A stretch of DNA of 64,000 nucleotides from a virus. Made by a program: the position numbers and the translations under genes. The stretch lies in IMG/VR virus record IMGVR_UViG_3300021964_000045, positions 12,859 through 76,858 of that record. One strand, written 5' to 3'. Below are positions 56,873 through 64,000 of the stretch, in pieces. A model generated the notes under the pieces. The model was not told where the DNA came from. It searched no databases and saw nothing but the letters and a program-made list of their open reading frames with translations. The first letter of the stretch is position 1. Each line of letters begins with the position of its first letter.

Positions 56873-58498
56873 TTATCCTTCACAGGAAGCACATTCAAGA
56901 ATGTTTCTAGAAAAAGCTTGAGCTGAACTCACACTAAATTGATAGTATAAAGTTTTAACACCTTGCTCATGTGCAAAAAGATATAGTTGATTTATATCTT
57001 TTGCTGGAACAGATGGATCAATCATAATATTTAATGATTGTGATTGATCAATATACTTTTGTCTAGCTGCCGCTTGAATGATTATTTCTTTAGGACTGAT
57101 TTCAATAAATGATTTAAATACTGCTTTTGTTGGAAAGTCTAAGTGTTGTACACTTCCATCTTTTTTCAAAATGTCTTCCCACACATCTTCTGTATTTAAA
57201 CCATATTTATCTAACTCACATTCTAAGAAAGGATTCTTATATATGGTTTTTGACTTAGCTAAATCTTTTACAAAGTAATTAGACTTAATTGGTTCAATAC
57301 CCATACTTACCTGACCTAAAATAAAAGAACTAGACTTAGTAGGGGCAACAGCCATAAGAGTTGTATTTGCATAACCTGGTCTTATAGATCTAATACCTTT
57401 ATCATGATATAACTGAGCAGATGCCGCTTCACTTCTTATGTTAAGTGTTCTAAATATCTCAGTATTAAGAAACTTAGCTTCCATAGATTCAAACTCTACA
57501 AGCTTTGACTGTAATAATGAATGCCAACCTAATACCCCTAAACCAATTGCTCTGTGATCTTTGGCAAAGTTATATGCTCTTGACATACCAGGCATTGTCT
57601 TAGCTTTTGTTATAAACTCATCTATAACTGCATTTAAGAATAAAGTATATGTTTCAATTGCATCTGTCTTAATAATCTCATCCCAGTGTAATAAGTTAAT
57701 AGAACCTAAGCAACACACAAATGAATTAAATGAATCAGTTGGTAATTGTATTTCACTACATAAATTAGATGCTGTAATATCAAACCCTAGCTCTTTATAT
57801 GGTGAATTATTATTTGAGTTATCTTTAAACATAATATAAGGAAAGCCAAACTCATTTCTCTTCTGAATTATCTTAGCCCATATTTTACGTTTTTCAGAAT
57901 CTCCTTCTTTCATTTCTTTAACCCACTGATCTGTTACTGTAACACCAAATTGTAGATTTTGAATTGGGTTTCCTTCACCACCTATTTCTAGAAATTCCAG
58001 TATATCTTCATGTTCAACAGGAAGCCATGCTGCACATGCACCGCGTCTAGCTTCTGATTGTTTGCATACATCAACAACTGTGTCATATATTCTAGCATAA
58101 TGAACCGGTCCATCTGCAGTTCCACCTGTACTTATCTCAGTGCCTCTTGGTCTAATGTTTCCTAAGTATACAGAAGTTCCTCCACCATACTTACTCATCA
58201 TCCCAATTTCACGGCCACCATTTAATATACTATCTAAGTTATCATCTACATTAGATCCGTAACAGCTAATTGGCAAACCTTTTGATTTACCAAAGTTAAT
58301 CCACACGGGTGTAGATAAACTATAAAATCCTTTTGACATGTATTCTTCAAACTTTTTAGCAAAGCCTTTTATGTCTAAATACTTTTCAGCTATAATAGCT
58401 ATGTCATGTATACGTTGTTCAGGGGCTTCACTTATATAACCCCTGGATAAAAAAGTACGGCTATCTTCATTAAGCCAATAATATTTTTGTCTTTCCAT
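56873..58498 (-). CDS. nrdA: Ribonucleotide reductase class I alpha subunit (541 aa, no ATP cone)
   Basis: PISCY, SNLCSEI, CCLGS, APT, TLYY, C-terminal CASC. Confidence 0.95.
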   Translation of the reverse strand: MERQKYYWLNEDSRTFLSRGYISEAPEQRIHDIAIIAEKYLDIKGFAKKFEEYMSKGFYSLSTPVWINFGKSKGLPISCYGSNVDDNLDSILNGGREIGMMSKYGGGTSVYLGNIRPRGTEISTGGTADGPVHYARIYDTVVDVCKQSEARRGACAAWLPVEHEDILEFLEIGGEGNPIQNLQFGVTVTDQWVKEMKEGDSEKRKIWAKIIQKRNEFGFPYIMFKDNSNNNSPYKELGFDITASNLCSEIQLPTDSFNSFVCCLGSINLLHWDEIIKTDAIETYTLFLNAVIDEFITKAKTMPGMSRAYNFAKDHRAIGLGVLGWHSLLQSKLVEFESMEAKFLNTEIFRTLNIRSEAASAQLYHDKGIRSIRPGYANTTLMAVAPTKSSSFILGQVSMGIEPIKSNYFVKDLAKSKTIYKNPFLECELDKYGLNTEDVWEDILKKDGSVQHLDFPTKAVFKSFIEISPKEIIIQAAARQKYIDQSQSLNIMIDPSVPAKDINQLYLFAHEQGVKTLYYQFSVSSAQAFSRNILECASCEG

Positions 58499-58506
58499 AT
58501 TGTTTT

Positions 58507-59487
58507 TTAAAATAGGTCATCTTCAGTAATGGCCTTTGATTTTTTATTATAATCTATTGATTTTTTGTAAAAGAAGTCTCCTTCTTTGGTTGCTGTAATT
58601 TCTACATCAAACCATTTTGTTGCTGCCAACAAATTACTGTCAACATCAAATATAGGATTCATTCCAATCTTACTTAGAGAATTGTTAAAACGATTTCTTA
58701 TAAAGTTTTCTATTGTCTCTTTTGGTAGAAAAGTTAATTCACCATTCTCAAATATCCAATTGAGTATATCACACTCAGCGGCATAAGCTTTCATACAAGC
58801 AGAATAAATTAATTCTTCAAACTCTTCATCAAACCACTCAGGATTTTCTAATTTAATAATATTAATTATTTCTGCACCAAAGTTACCGTGTATGTCTTCT
58901 TCCTTAGATGTTGCTTCAACTACATTTGAAATACCTTTAAATAGGTTTTTCTCTTTGTTGAATGACATCATAATTAAGAACTGTGAAAATAAACTAACAT
59001 GCTCTATAAATAATGAAAATAATAAAACAGACTTTGTGTACATTTTATTATCTCTACTTCTAGAGCCGTCTAAATACTTTTTAAGATATTTAATTCTACC
59101 GGCAATAGCAGGGATTTCAACAACTGTTTTAAATTCCTCTTCTAAACCAAGAATTCTAAGTAATCTTGCGTATGCATCTTTGTGTCTTACTTCAGATTCT
59201 GCAAAGGTCATACCTACATCTCCAATTTCAGTAATTGGCATTCTTTTATAAAGGTCAGCCCAAAATGTTTTTACATTTACTTCAATTTGAGCAATGGCTA
59301 ACATTGTTCTTTTAATAACTTCACGCTCCTCTTCAGTAACTTTAGTCTTAAAGTCATCAATGTCTGTTGTAAAGTTGTACTCTGTATCTATCCAGTAAGA
59401 GTGTCTTATAGCATCCTTGTAATCTAATAAGGATGGGTATTCATAGGGCATAATATTTTCCCTGGGCATAAAAATGTTTTTGCTCAT
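58507..59487 (-). CDS. nrdB: Ribonucleotide reductase class I beta subunit (326 aa)
   Basis: QIE, ESEVRHKDAY (ExxH plus radical Tyr), IEHVSLFSQF, EEDIH, C-terminal DFF...Y. Confidence 0.95.
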   Translation of the reverse strand: MSKNIFMPRENIMPYEYPSLLDYKDAIRHSYWIDTEYNFTTDIDDFKTKVTEEEREVIKRTMLAIAQIEVNVKTFWADLYKRMPITEIGDVGMTFAESEVRHKDAYARLLRILGLEEEFKTVVEIPAIAGRIKYLKKYLDGSRSRDNKMYTKSVLLFSLFIEHVSLFSQFLIMMSFNKEKNLFKGISNVVEATSKEEDIHGNFGAEIINIIKLENPEWFDEEFEELIYSACMKAYAAECDILNWIFENGELTFLPKETIENFIRNRFNNSLSKIGMNPIFDVDSNLLAATKWFDVEITATKEGDFFYKKSIDYNKKSKAITEDDLF

Positions 59488-59602
59488 AATGTGTTTATTT
59501 ATAATAGTTTATAGAAAAAAATAGCTATAAAACCAATACATAACGTATTAGTAGTATAGCTGTTTTCTGTATGATCAATTTACTAAAAATTGATGACTCT
59601 CA

Positions 59603-59610
59603 CAAATGTA
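59603..59610 (-). promoter_or_regulatory. Bacteroidota sigma-A type -7 element TACATTTG upstream of nrdB
   Basis: Reverse complement of caaatgta; matches TAnnTTTG. Confidence 0.5.
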
Positions 59611-59617
59611 AGATATA

Positions 59618-59809
59618 TTATTTCCAATTCATATGGGAATAACTAATTTTAAAAAAGATCAATCCAAATTCAACACTAAGAACATTTCTAAATTGTTCAT
59701 CAGCACATTTTACATCAGCATTAATTGTATTAATACCTAGCAAAGGCTCTGAAGGAAGGAATCTAAAAGTTACTTTGTGATTGAATGTTGTTTCTGTTAC
59801 GTTTGACAT
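59618..59809 (-). CDS. Hypothetical protein (63 aa)
   Basis: Non-overlapping ORF with an upstream TAnnTTTG element. Confidence 0.6.
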   Translation of the reverse strand: MSNVTETTFNHKVTFRFLPSEPLLGINTINADVKCADEQFRNVLSVEFGLIFFKISYSHMNWK

Positions 59810-59860
59810 TTTTATAAAGTTTAAAGATTAATGGTTTTAAATTTCAAAATTCAACAGGAA

Positions 59861-59873
59861 TTTTGTATATTAT
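59861..59873 (+). promoter_or_regulatory. Putative phage (late) promoter motif TTTTGTATATTAT
   Basis: Exact copy of the motif at the strand switch. Confidence 0.65.
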
Positions 59874-59887
59874 ATATAGATAGTAGA

Positions 59888-59895
59888 CAAAGATA
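59888..59895 (-). promoter_or_regulatory. Bacteroidota sigma-A type -7 element TATCTTTG
   Basis: Reverse complement of caaagata; points toward ORF 59809 and nrdBA. Confidence 0.5.
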
Positions 59896-59939
59896 AGAAA
59901 TTACAATGACTATCATTTTTATTTATAAATAATTATTAC

Positions 59940-60251
59940 ATGGACTCTACACAAATTATAATAACCGTACTTACGGTTGCCGGATCAACCGGTGTCTGGC
60001 AGTTTATAGCAACAAGATATAAATCCAATAAAGAAAAAGAAAAGTTTGATACATTAAATAGTGACGGTGTGCAATATAGAGATGATTTAAAAAATAGAGT
60101 AAGAAACTTAGAAAGTTTGCTTGCTGTAAGCTCTGATGAAAAAGATTTAATGAGAGAGCAAGTACTTGCATTAACAGCAGAAGTACATGCACTTAGAGTA
60201 AAGGTTGACTTCTTAGAAAAAGAAAATCAAAGACTTAAGAATTTGAGTTAA
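59940..60251 (+). CDS. Single-TM plus coiled-coil protein, holin/antiholin-like (103 aa)
   Basis: IIITVLTVAGSTGVWQFI followed by heptad repeats. Confidence 0.5.
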   Translation: MDSTQIIITVLTVAGSTGVWQFIATRYKSNKEKEKFDTLNSDGVQYRDDLKNRVRNLESLLAVSSDEKDLMREQVLALTAEVHALRVKVDFLEKENQRLKNLS

Positions 60252-60289
60252 CAAAAAAAAATATTATATTTATATATAAACACATTACT

Positions 60290-60544
60290 ATGATAAAAAT
60301 TGTTTTAAATAAAATTTGGAATTTCTCACTTAAAAAAGGTTGGGATTGGGTTTGGTCTAAAACAACAGTAGATGAAAAAGCTATTGAAGTTGTTAAAGAA
60401 ACAAAGCGTAGAGCCAAAAGAGTAAAGGAAGAATTCCAGGATGTAAAAGCTGAGGTCAAAGATGTTGTTAAACAATCTAAGGATGTAGTTGATGCAGCTA
60501 AAGGTAAAAGACGTAGAGGTAGACCAAAGAAAAAAGCAGAGTAA
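60290..60544 (+). CDS. Basic amphipathic protein with C-terminal AT-hook-like RRGRPKK (84 aa)
   Basis: Intact ORF, coupled by TAATG to the next gene. Confidence 0.55.
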   Translation: MIKIVLNKIWNFSLKKGWDWVWSKTTVDEKAIEVVKETKRRAKRVKEEFQDVKAEVKDVVKQSKDVVDAAKGKRRRGRPKKKAE

Positions 60545-60786
60545 TGAAAAAGATAATTAATTGGGCAGCAGGTTTACTTAAAGATGAGAAGGGTTCTCCT
60601 TCATCAAAAAGATTTATTGGTGTTATAGCTGGTTTATCTTTATGTATAACTCTTTTTGCAAATCAATTTACAGAAGAGCACATTGCTCCTTCTCCTATTT
60701 TAATTAATGCTGTTGCAGCTTTAGCTTTTGGTGCATTGGGTTTAGCTTCTGTAGATAAAATTTGGAGTAAAAGAGATAAAGAATAG
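60544..60786 (+). CDS. Two-TM holin-like protein (80 aa)
   Basis: SSKR followed by two TM helices and a charged C-terminal tail. Confidence 0.55.
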   Translation: MKKIINWAAGLLKDEKGSPSSKRFIGVIAGLSLCITLFANQFTEEHIAPSPILINAVAALAFGALGLASVDKIWSKRDKE

Positions 60787-60790
60787 TACA

Positions 60791-60925
60791 GTGGCAAATT
60801 TAACATTAAAATCATATGAAAAACCTAGTAAGAAAAAAAGACCAGGTGTTCATGCTAAAAGTAAAAGTTCAAACTCTAAATTAAGTAAGAACTATAAAAA
60901 GAAATATAAAGGACAAGGTAGATAA
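60791..60925 (+). CDS. Small Lys-rich protein ending KKKYKGQGR (44 aa; not in ORF track)
   Basis: Translated by hand from GTG: MANLTLKSYEKPSKKKRPGVHAKSKSSNSKLSKNYKKKYKGQGR. Confidence 0.65.
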   Translation: MANLTLKSYEKPSKKKRPGVHAKSKSSNSKLSKNYKKKYKGQGR

Positions 60926-61068
60926 TGAATTGGGAATTAGAAATAGCGTTTCATTGGCCTCATGATAGACTAGCTTTAGGCTGGGAGATAATGAGACCTG
61001 ACGCAGAATATAACTATTACACAATTAAAATTTTCCTTGTTATAGTAACCTTTACATTAAATGTATAA
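60925..61068 (+). CDS. Small hypothetical protein (47 aa; not in ORF track)
   Basis: MNWELEIAFHWPHDRLALGWEIMRPDAEYNYYTIKIFLVIVTFTLNV; TAATG overlap with the previous ORF. Confidence 0.6.
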   Translation: MNWELEIAFHWPHDRLALGWEIMRPDAEYNYYTIKIFLVIVTFTLNV

Positions 61069-61089
61069 TAAAATTAAATAATTAGAATT

Positions 61090-61380
61090 ATGTTATTTGG
61101 AAAAAAAACAAAAATATATGCACCAAATATCAGCGCTAATGTAGAAGCTGATGTAGATGCTAAAATGAAAAAAGGTGGTGAAAAAGGAGCAAAAGCTCTT
61201 ATTGCTGCCTTAAAAAAACAAGGTTATAAAAACGGTGGTGAAAATACATCACTACTAAATAAAATGACTTATGGTGGTGGTATTGATATGTCAGAAAAAC
61301 TTGTAAACACTATGAGAGGTGCAGGAAAAAAAATGCAAATAGGGGGTAGCACATACTCAGGACCTAAAAAGAAAAAGTAA
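61090..61380 (+). CDS. Small basic protein with four xxxGG motifs, probable internal virion protein (96 aa)
   Basis: MKKGG, YKNGG, MTYGG, MQIGG. Confidence 0.55.
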   Translation: MLFGKKTKIYAPNISANVEADVDAKMKKGGEKGAKALIAALKKQGYKNGGENTSLLNKMTYGGGIDMSEKLVNTMRGAGKKMQIGGSTYSGPKKKK

Positions 61381-61961
61381 TGCAAATACTAACTGACATA
61401 TTAAGTCTTTTTAAAAGAAAACAAATGGTCAAGGAGACAACTCCAGATGACCTTATTGTTATTGGTAGACATGAAGAGCCGGATATGTTAGGTATTGCAT
61501 CCCCTATACCATATAAATCAGCTAAGTTAATAAAGGTTAAAGACTTATTAAATATTTCTGAGTGTAATTACTCAAACCTTAATAATGCTACTGGAACAAA
61601 TCCCAATGGAATTTATATTAATAAAACAAGTGATCCTTGCTCTGTTAATTTAAGATCTATTACAGCTGTGGGTAACAACATAAACATTGTTACAAATAGC
61701 AATGAGATTGAAGTTTCAACTACAGGTGAACCAAATATAGGTTACAGTGTAGGTACAGGAAAGTCAATATATAAAGATAAACTAGGAGAAATATTAAGAT
61801 TCAAAACTATAACAAATGGTAATGGAGCAATTGGTATTACAGAAAGTGCTGATGAAATTGATATTAATTTAAAAAAAGTTTTACTATCATCACCAGATGG
61901 TACCGTATGGGAAATTACAGTTGATAATGGTGGTAAAATTACAGCAACAGCTCAACCTTAA
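61380..61961 (+). CDS. Fibre/decoration-like protein, paralog 1 (193 aa)
   Basis: Shared N-terminal domain; C-terminal LSSPDGTVWEITVDNGG fibre-type motif. Confidence 0.6.
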   Translation: MQILTDILSLFKRKQMVKETTPDDLIVIGRHEEPDMLGIASPIPYKSAKLIKVKDLLNISECNYSNLNNATGTNPNGIYINKTSDPCSVNLRSITAVGNNINIVTNSNEIEVSTTGEPNIGYSVGTGKSIYKDKLGEILRFKTITNGNGAIGITESADEIDINLKKVLLSSPDGTVWEITVDNGGKITATAQP

Positions 61962-61967
61962 AGAATA

Positions 61968-62588
61968 ATGAATTTATTACAAGACATACTAGGACTAGTT
62001 ACAAGAAAACAACAAGTTAAACCTGTTGACACTGATGTACTACCTATTGGTAGATATAAAACTTCCAAAGAAGTATTTAAACCAAAACCAGAGATGAAAA
62101 CAAATCTGGTTACTTTAAGGGACTTAAAAAATTATATTAGTAAAGATCCATCTGGAGATAATCAAACATTATCCCTGGATGGAAATGATTTATCTATATC
62201 AAACGGAAATACAGTAGACTTATCTACTCTTGATCTTGATTCATCTTCAGTACCTGTTAAGTTAGTACCATTTAATATAGTAGCAGGGGCAGATCAATCT
62301 GGTTCTATACCATTAGATTTTAATCTAATTAATCTTTCATGGGATGGTTTAGATAATGGAACATATACATTAAATATTCCTAGTGCATCTTCAATGCTGT
62401 ATAGAAATATACGCATTGTGACTGATGGTACATTGGATAATGGTGCTCAAGATAAAATAAATGTAACACCAGTACATGGAGAAACTATAGATGGAGCTCC
62501 ATTTTTTGAAATATCTAAACGTTATGAAGGTATTTCCATATGGTCAGATGGTGTAGAGTGGAGAATTATACAAGCTAAAGCACACTAA
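61968..62588 (+). CDS. Fibre/decoration-like protein, paralog 2 (206 aa)
   Basis: Shared N-terminal domain; QTLSLDGNDLSISNGNTVDL repeat; ETIDG...WSDGVEW tip motif. Confidence 0.6.
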   Translation: MNLLQDILGLVTRKQQVKPVDTDVLPIGRYKTSKEVFKPKPEMKTNLVTLRDLKNYISKDPSGDNQTLSLDGNDLSISNGNTVDLSTLDLDSSSVPVKLVPFNIVAGADQSGSIPLDFNLINLSWDGLDNGTYTLNIPSASSMLYRNIRIVTDGTLDNGAQDKINVTPVHGETIDGAPFFEISKRYEGISIWSDGVEWRIIQAKAH

Positions 62589-62590
62589 AC

Positions 62591-62782
62591 ATGCCAGTAA
62601 AAAAGAAAAGTACAGTAAACAAAGCGGGTAATTATACTAAACCTACAATGCGTAAAGCTTTATTTAATAAAATTAAAGCTGGTAGTAAAGGTGGTAACCC
62701 AGGACAGTGGTCTGCACGTAAAGCACAAATGCTTGCCAAACAGTATAAAGCTAAAGGTGGTGGATATAAAACTAAAAAATAA
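62591..62782 (+). CDS. DUF5872-like basic protein, N-terminal half (63 aa)
   Basis: YTKP...KGG.PGQWSARKAQ.LA..Y...GGGY signature. Confidence 0.7.
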   Translation: MPVKKKSTVNKAGNYTKPTMRKALFNKIKAGSKGGNPGQWSARKAQMLAKQYKAKGGGYKTKK

Positions 62783-63024
62783 TGGCTAAAGCAAAGTCAC
62801 AGAAAAGTTTAGATAAATGGACTAAGCAGAAGTGGAGAACTCCTTCTGGTAAAAAAAGTAAAGATACTGGTGAAGTATATGCTCCAGCTAAAACTATTTC
62901 TAAACTTAAAAGTACTGCTGCCGGTAGAAAAAAATTAGCCGCTGCTAATAAGAAAAAAAGAGCAGCAACTAAAAAAGGTAAACAACATGCTAGTCATGGA
63001 TTACATAAAGGAAAAAAAAGATAA
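62782..63024 (+). CDS. Basic protein resembling the continuation of DUF5872 (80 aa)
   Basis: QKSLDKWTKQKWRT...GEVYAP; TAATG overlap. Confidence 0.6.
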   Translation: MAKAKSQKSLDKWTKQKWRTPSGKKSKDTGEVYAPAKTISKLKSTAAGRKKLAAANKKKRAATKKGKQHASHGLHKGKKR

Positions 63025-63037
63025 AAACTAGATAATT

Positions 63038-64000
63038 ATGAATTTTATACAAGAAGTCTTAAATCTCTTAGACAGAAAACAAGACAAGAAAAAACTTGAT
63101 CTCAGAAGAGATTGGTTTGAATTTGGTAGAACCAGACCTAGTAGTGTTGGTAATCCGTTATATACACCTAAAATGAATCCTCATGCAATTAGGTATGATG
63201 ATTTAAAATGTAATATAATTTCTGGACTAGTAAGTGGTACAGGTACTGAGTATACATTACCAATGTGGTCAACAATAGATACTAATAATTGTAATGTGCA
63301 AACAATCATTGATTCAGTATATAGTCAAGATGCTGGTGCTTCAGAAGGTTTAGTTAGCGCTAACTTTAGAGTAACGGGTGATACTGTACTTGAGGGTGAT
63401 CTTTTAGTATTAGGCACTCAAACAATTGTTGAATCAACTATTGTACAAGTAGCTGATAATATTATGCGGATTAATTCTGGCGGTGCTGGTGTTGACGCAG
63501 GTATTGAAGTTATTCAGCCAAGTGGTACTAAAACTTGGGCTTGGGATAATGCTCAAGGTATGTGGTCAACATTTGGTGATAGCATTCTTACAACAGATAT
63601 TACTATTCAAGGTGCCATCAAACAAGATGGTGAAACCTTAATCAATGTTGTTAATGAAGCAGAAGGTTTGTTGTCACAAGATAATGATGAATCCTTAGCA
63701 ACTGTTGCTGCTATTATTGATTATGTAGATAAATTAGTAGATAAAGCAGAATATGAAGTAATTTATACAACAGATGCCGGTTTAACACAGGCAGGACCTG
63801 GTCAATTAGTATTTAATCAAGCAACTGATGAAATTTACATGAGTTGGTATGATCTTAATAGTAATGATAGAAAATATGCTTTAGAAACAATTTTATATTC
63901 ACCTGGTAAAAAGCCATTTGGTTTATTTACTGCAGATAAAGCTGATCCTTGGGTTAACTATAATGCTCAGTATTTTAATCCATGTGGTATTGAAATCTTA
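63038..64000 (+). CDS. Fibre-like protein, paralog 3, 3'-truncated (not in ORF track)
   Basis: Starts MNFIQEVLNLLDRKQ and stays open to the window end; contains GDLLVLGTQTIVEST...DNIMRIN...AGIEV, similar to the 615-aa fibre. Confidence 0.7.
   Translation, partial: MNFIQEVLNLLDRKQDKKKLDLRRDWFEFGRTRPSSVGNPLYTPKMNPHAIRYDDLKCNIISGLVSGTGTEYTLPMWSTIDTNNCNVQTIIDSVYSQDAGASEGLVSANFRVTGDTVLEGDLLVLGTQTIVESTIVQVADNIMRINSGGAGVDAGIEVIQPSGTKTWAWDNAQGMWSTFGDSILTTDITIQGAIKQDGETLINVVNEAEGLLSQDNDESLATVAAIIDYVDKLVDKAEYEVIYTTDAGLTQAGPGQLVFNQATDEIYMSWYDLNSNDRKYALETILYSPGKKPFGLFTADKADPWVNYNAQYFNPCGIEIL

Noticed and set aside
53911-59487. Host chromosome or chimeric assembly explaining the kinase/regulator and RNR genes
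   Set aside because: Phage genes lie on both sides, composition is similar, the phage promoter motif heads the operon, and no integrase or att site is seen. Read mapping is still needed to exclude it fully.
56873-59487. Intron, intein or homing endonuclease in nrdA/nrdB
   Set aside because: Both ORFs are compact and continuous with normally spaced motifs
124-60459. Many 60-170-aa ORFs antisense or out of frame to long genes (e.g. 2674-3183, 33933-34241, 58892-59251)
   Set aside because: They lie inside well-supported genes, show no motifs and have shadow-ORF composition
1-64000. Stop-codon reassignment, as in some crAss-like phages
   Set aside because: Very long ORFs are intact in code 11, and TAG (10156, 25104, 60786) and TGA (signalling operon) serve as normal stops
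1-64000. tRNA, rRNA, transposase or integrase genes
   Set aside because: None recognised; intergenic gaps are short and AT-rich. tRNAscan and Infernal were not run.

Overview
AT-rich, gene-dense segment of a large podovirus-type phage genome with crAss-like (Crassvirales-like) gene content. The host is probably Bacteroidota, judged from TAnnTTTG promoter elements and the lack of Shine-Dalgarno sites. Standard genetic code. 1-53.9 kb (+): virion module with probable capsid-auxiliary genes, tail fibres (S74 chaperone, gp38-like/LamG tip), Cys-rich FN3/vWA proteins, an insulated metallophosphoesterase, IHF-like/ring/muzzle tail genes and six probable internal (ejected) proteins. These include a multi-domain peptidoglycan hydrolase, a 4942-aa protein with a zincin motif and a virion RNA polymerase (DFDID), and a 1918-aa PD-(D/E)xK nuclease. 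53.9-59.8 kb (-): nrdB-nrdA, then a separately promoted, translationally coupled operon: DUF2892-like membrane peptide, membrane histidine kinase, single-domain response regulator, coiled-coil/2-TM protein and spanin-like protein. This phage-encoded two-component system tied to lysis-like genes is the best candidate for an undescribed system. 59.9-64 kb (+): small holin-like and basic proteins and three paralogous fibre-like genes. All family calls come from reading motifs by eye; no database search was run.
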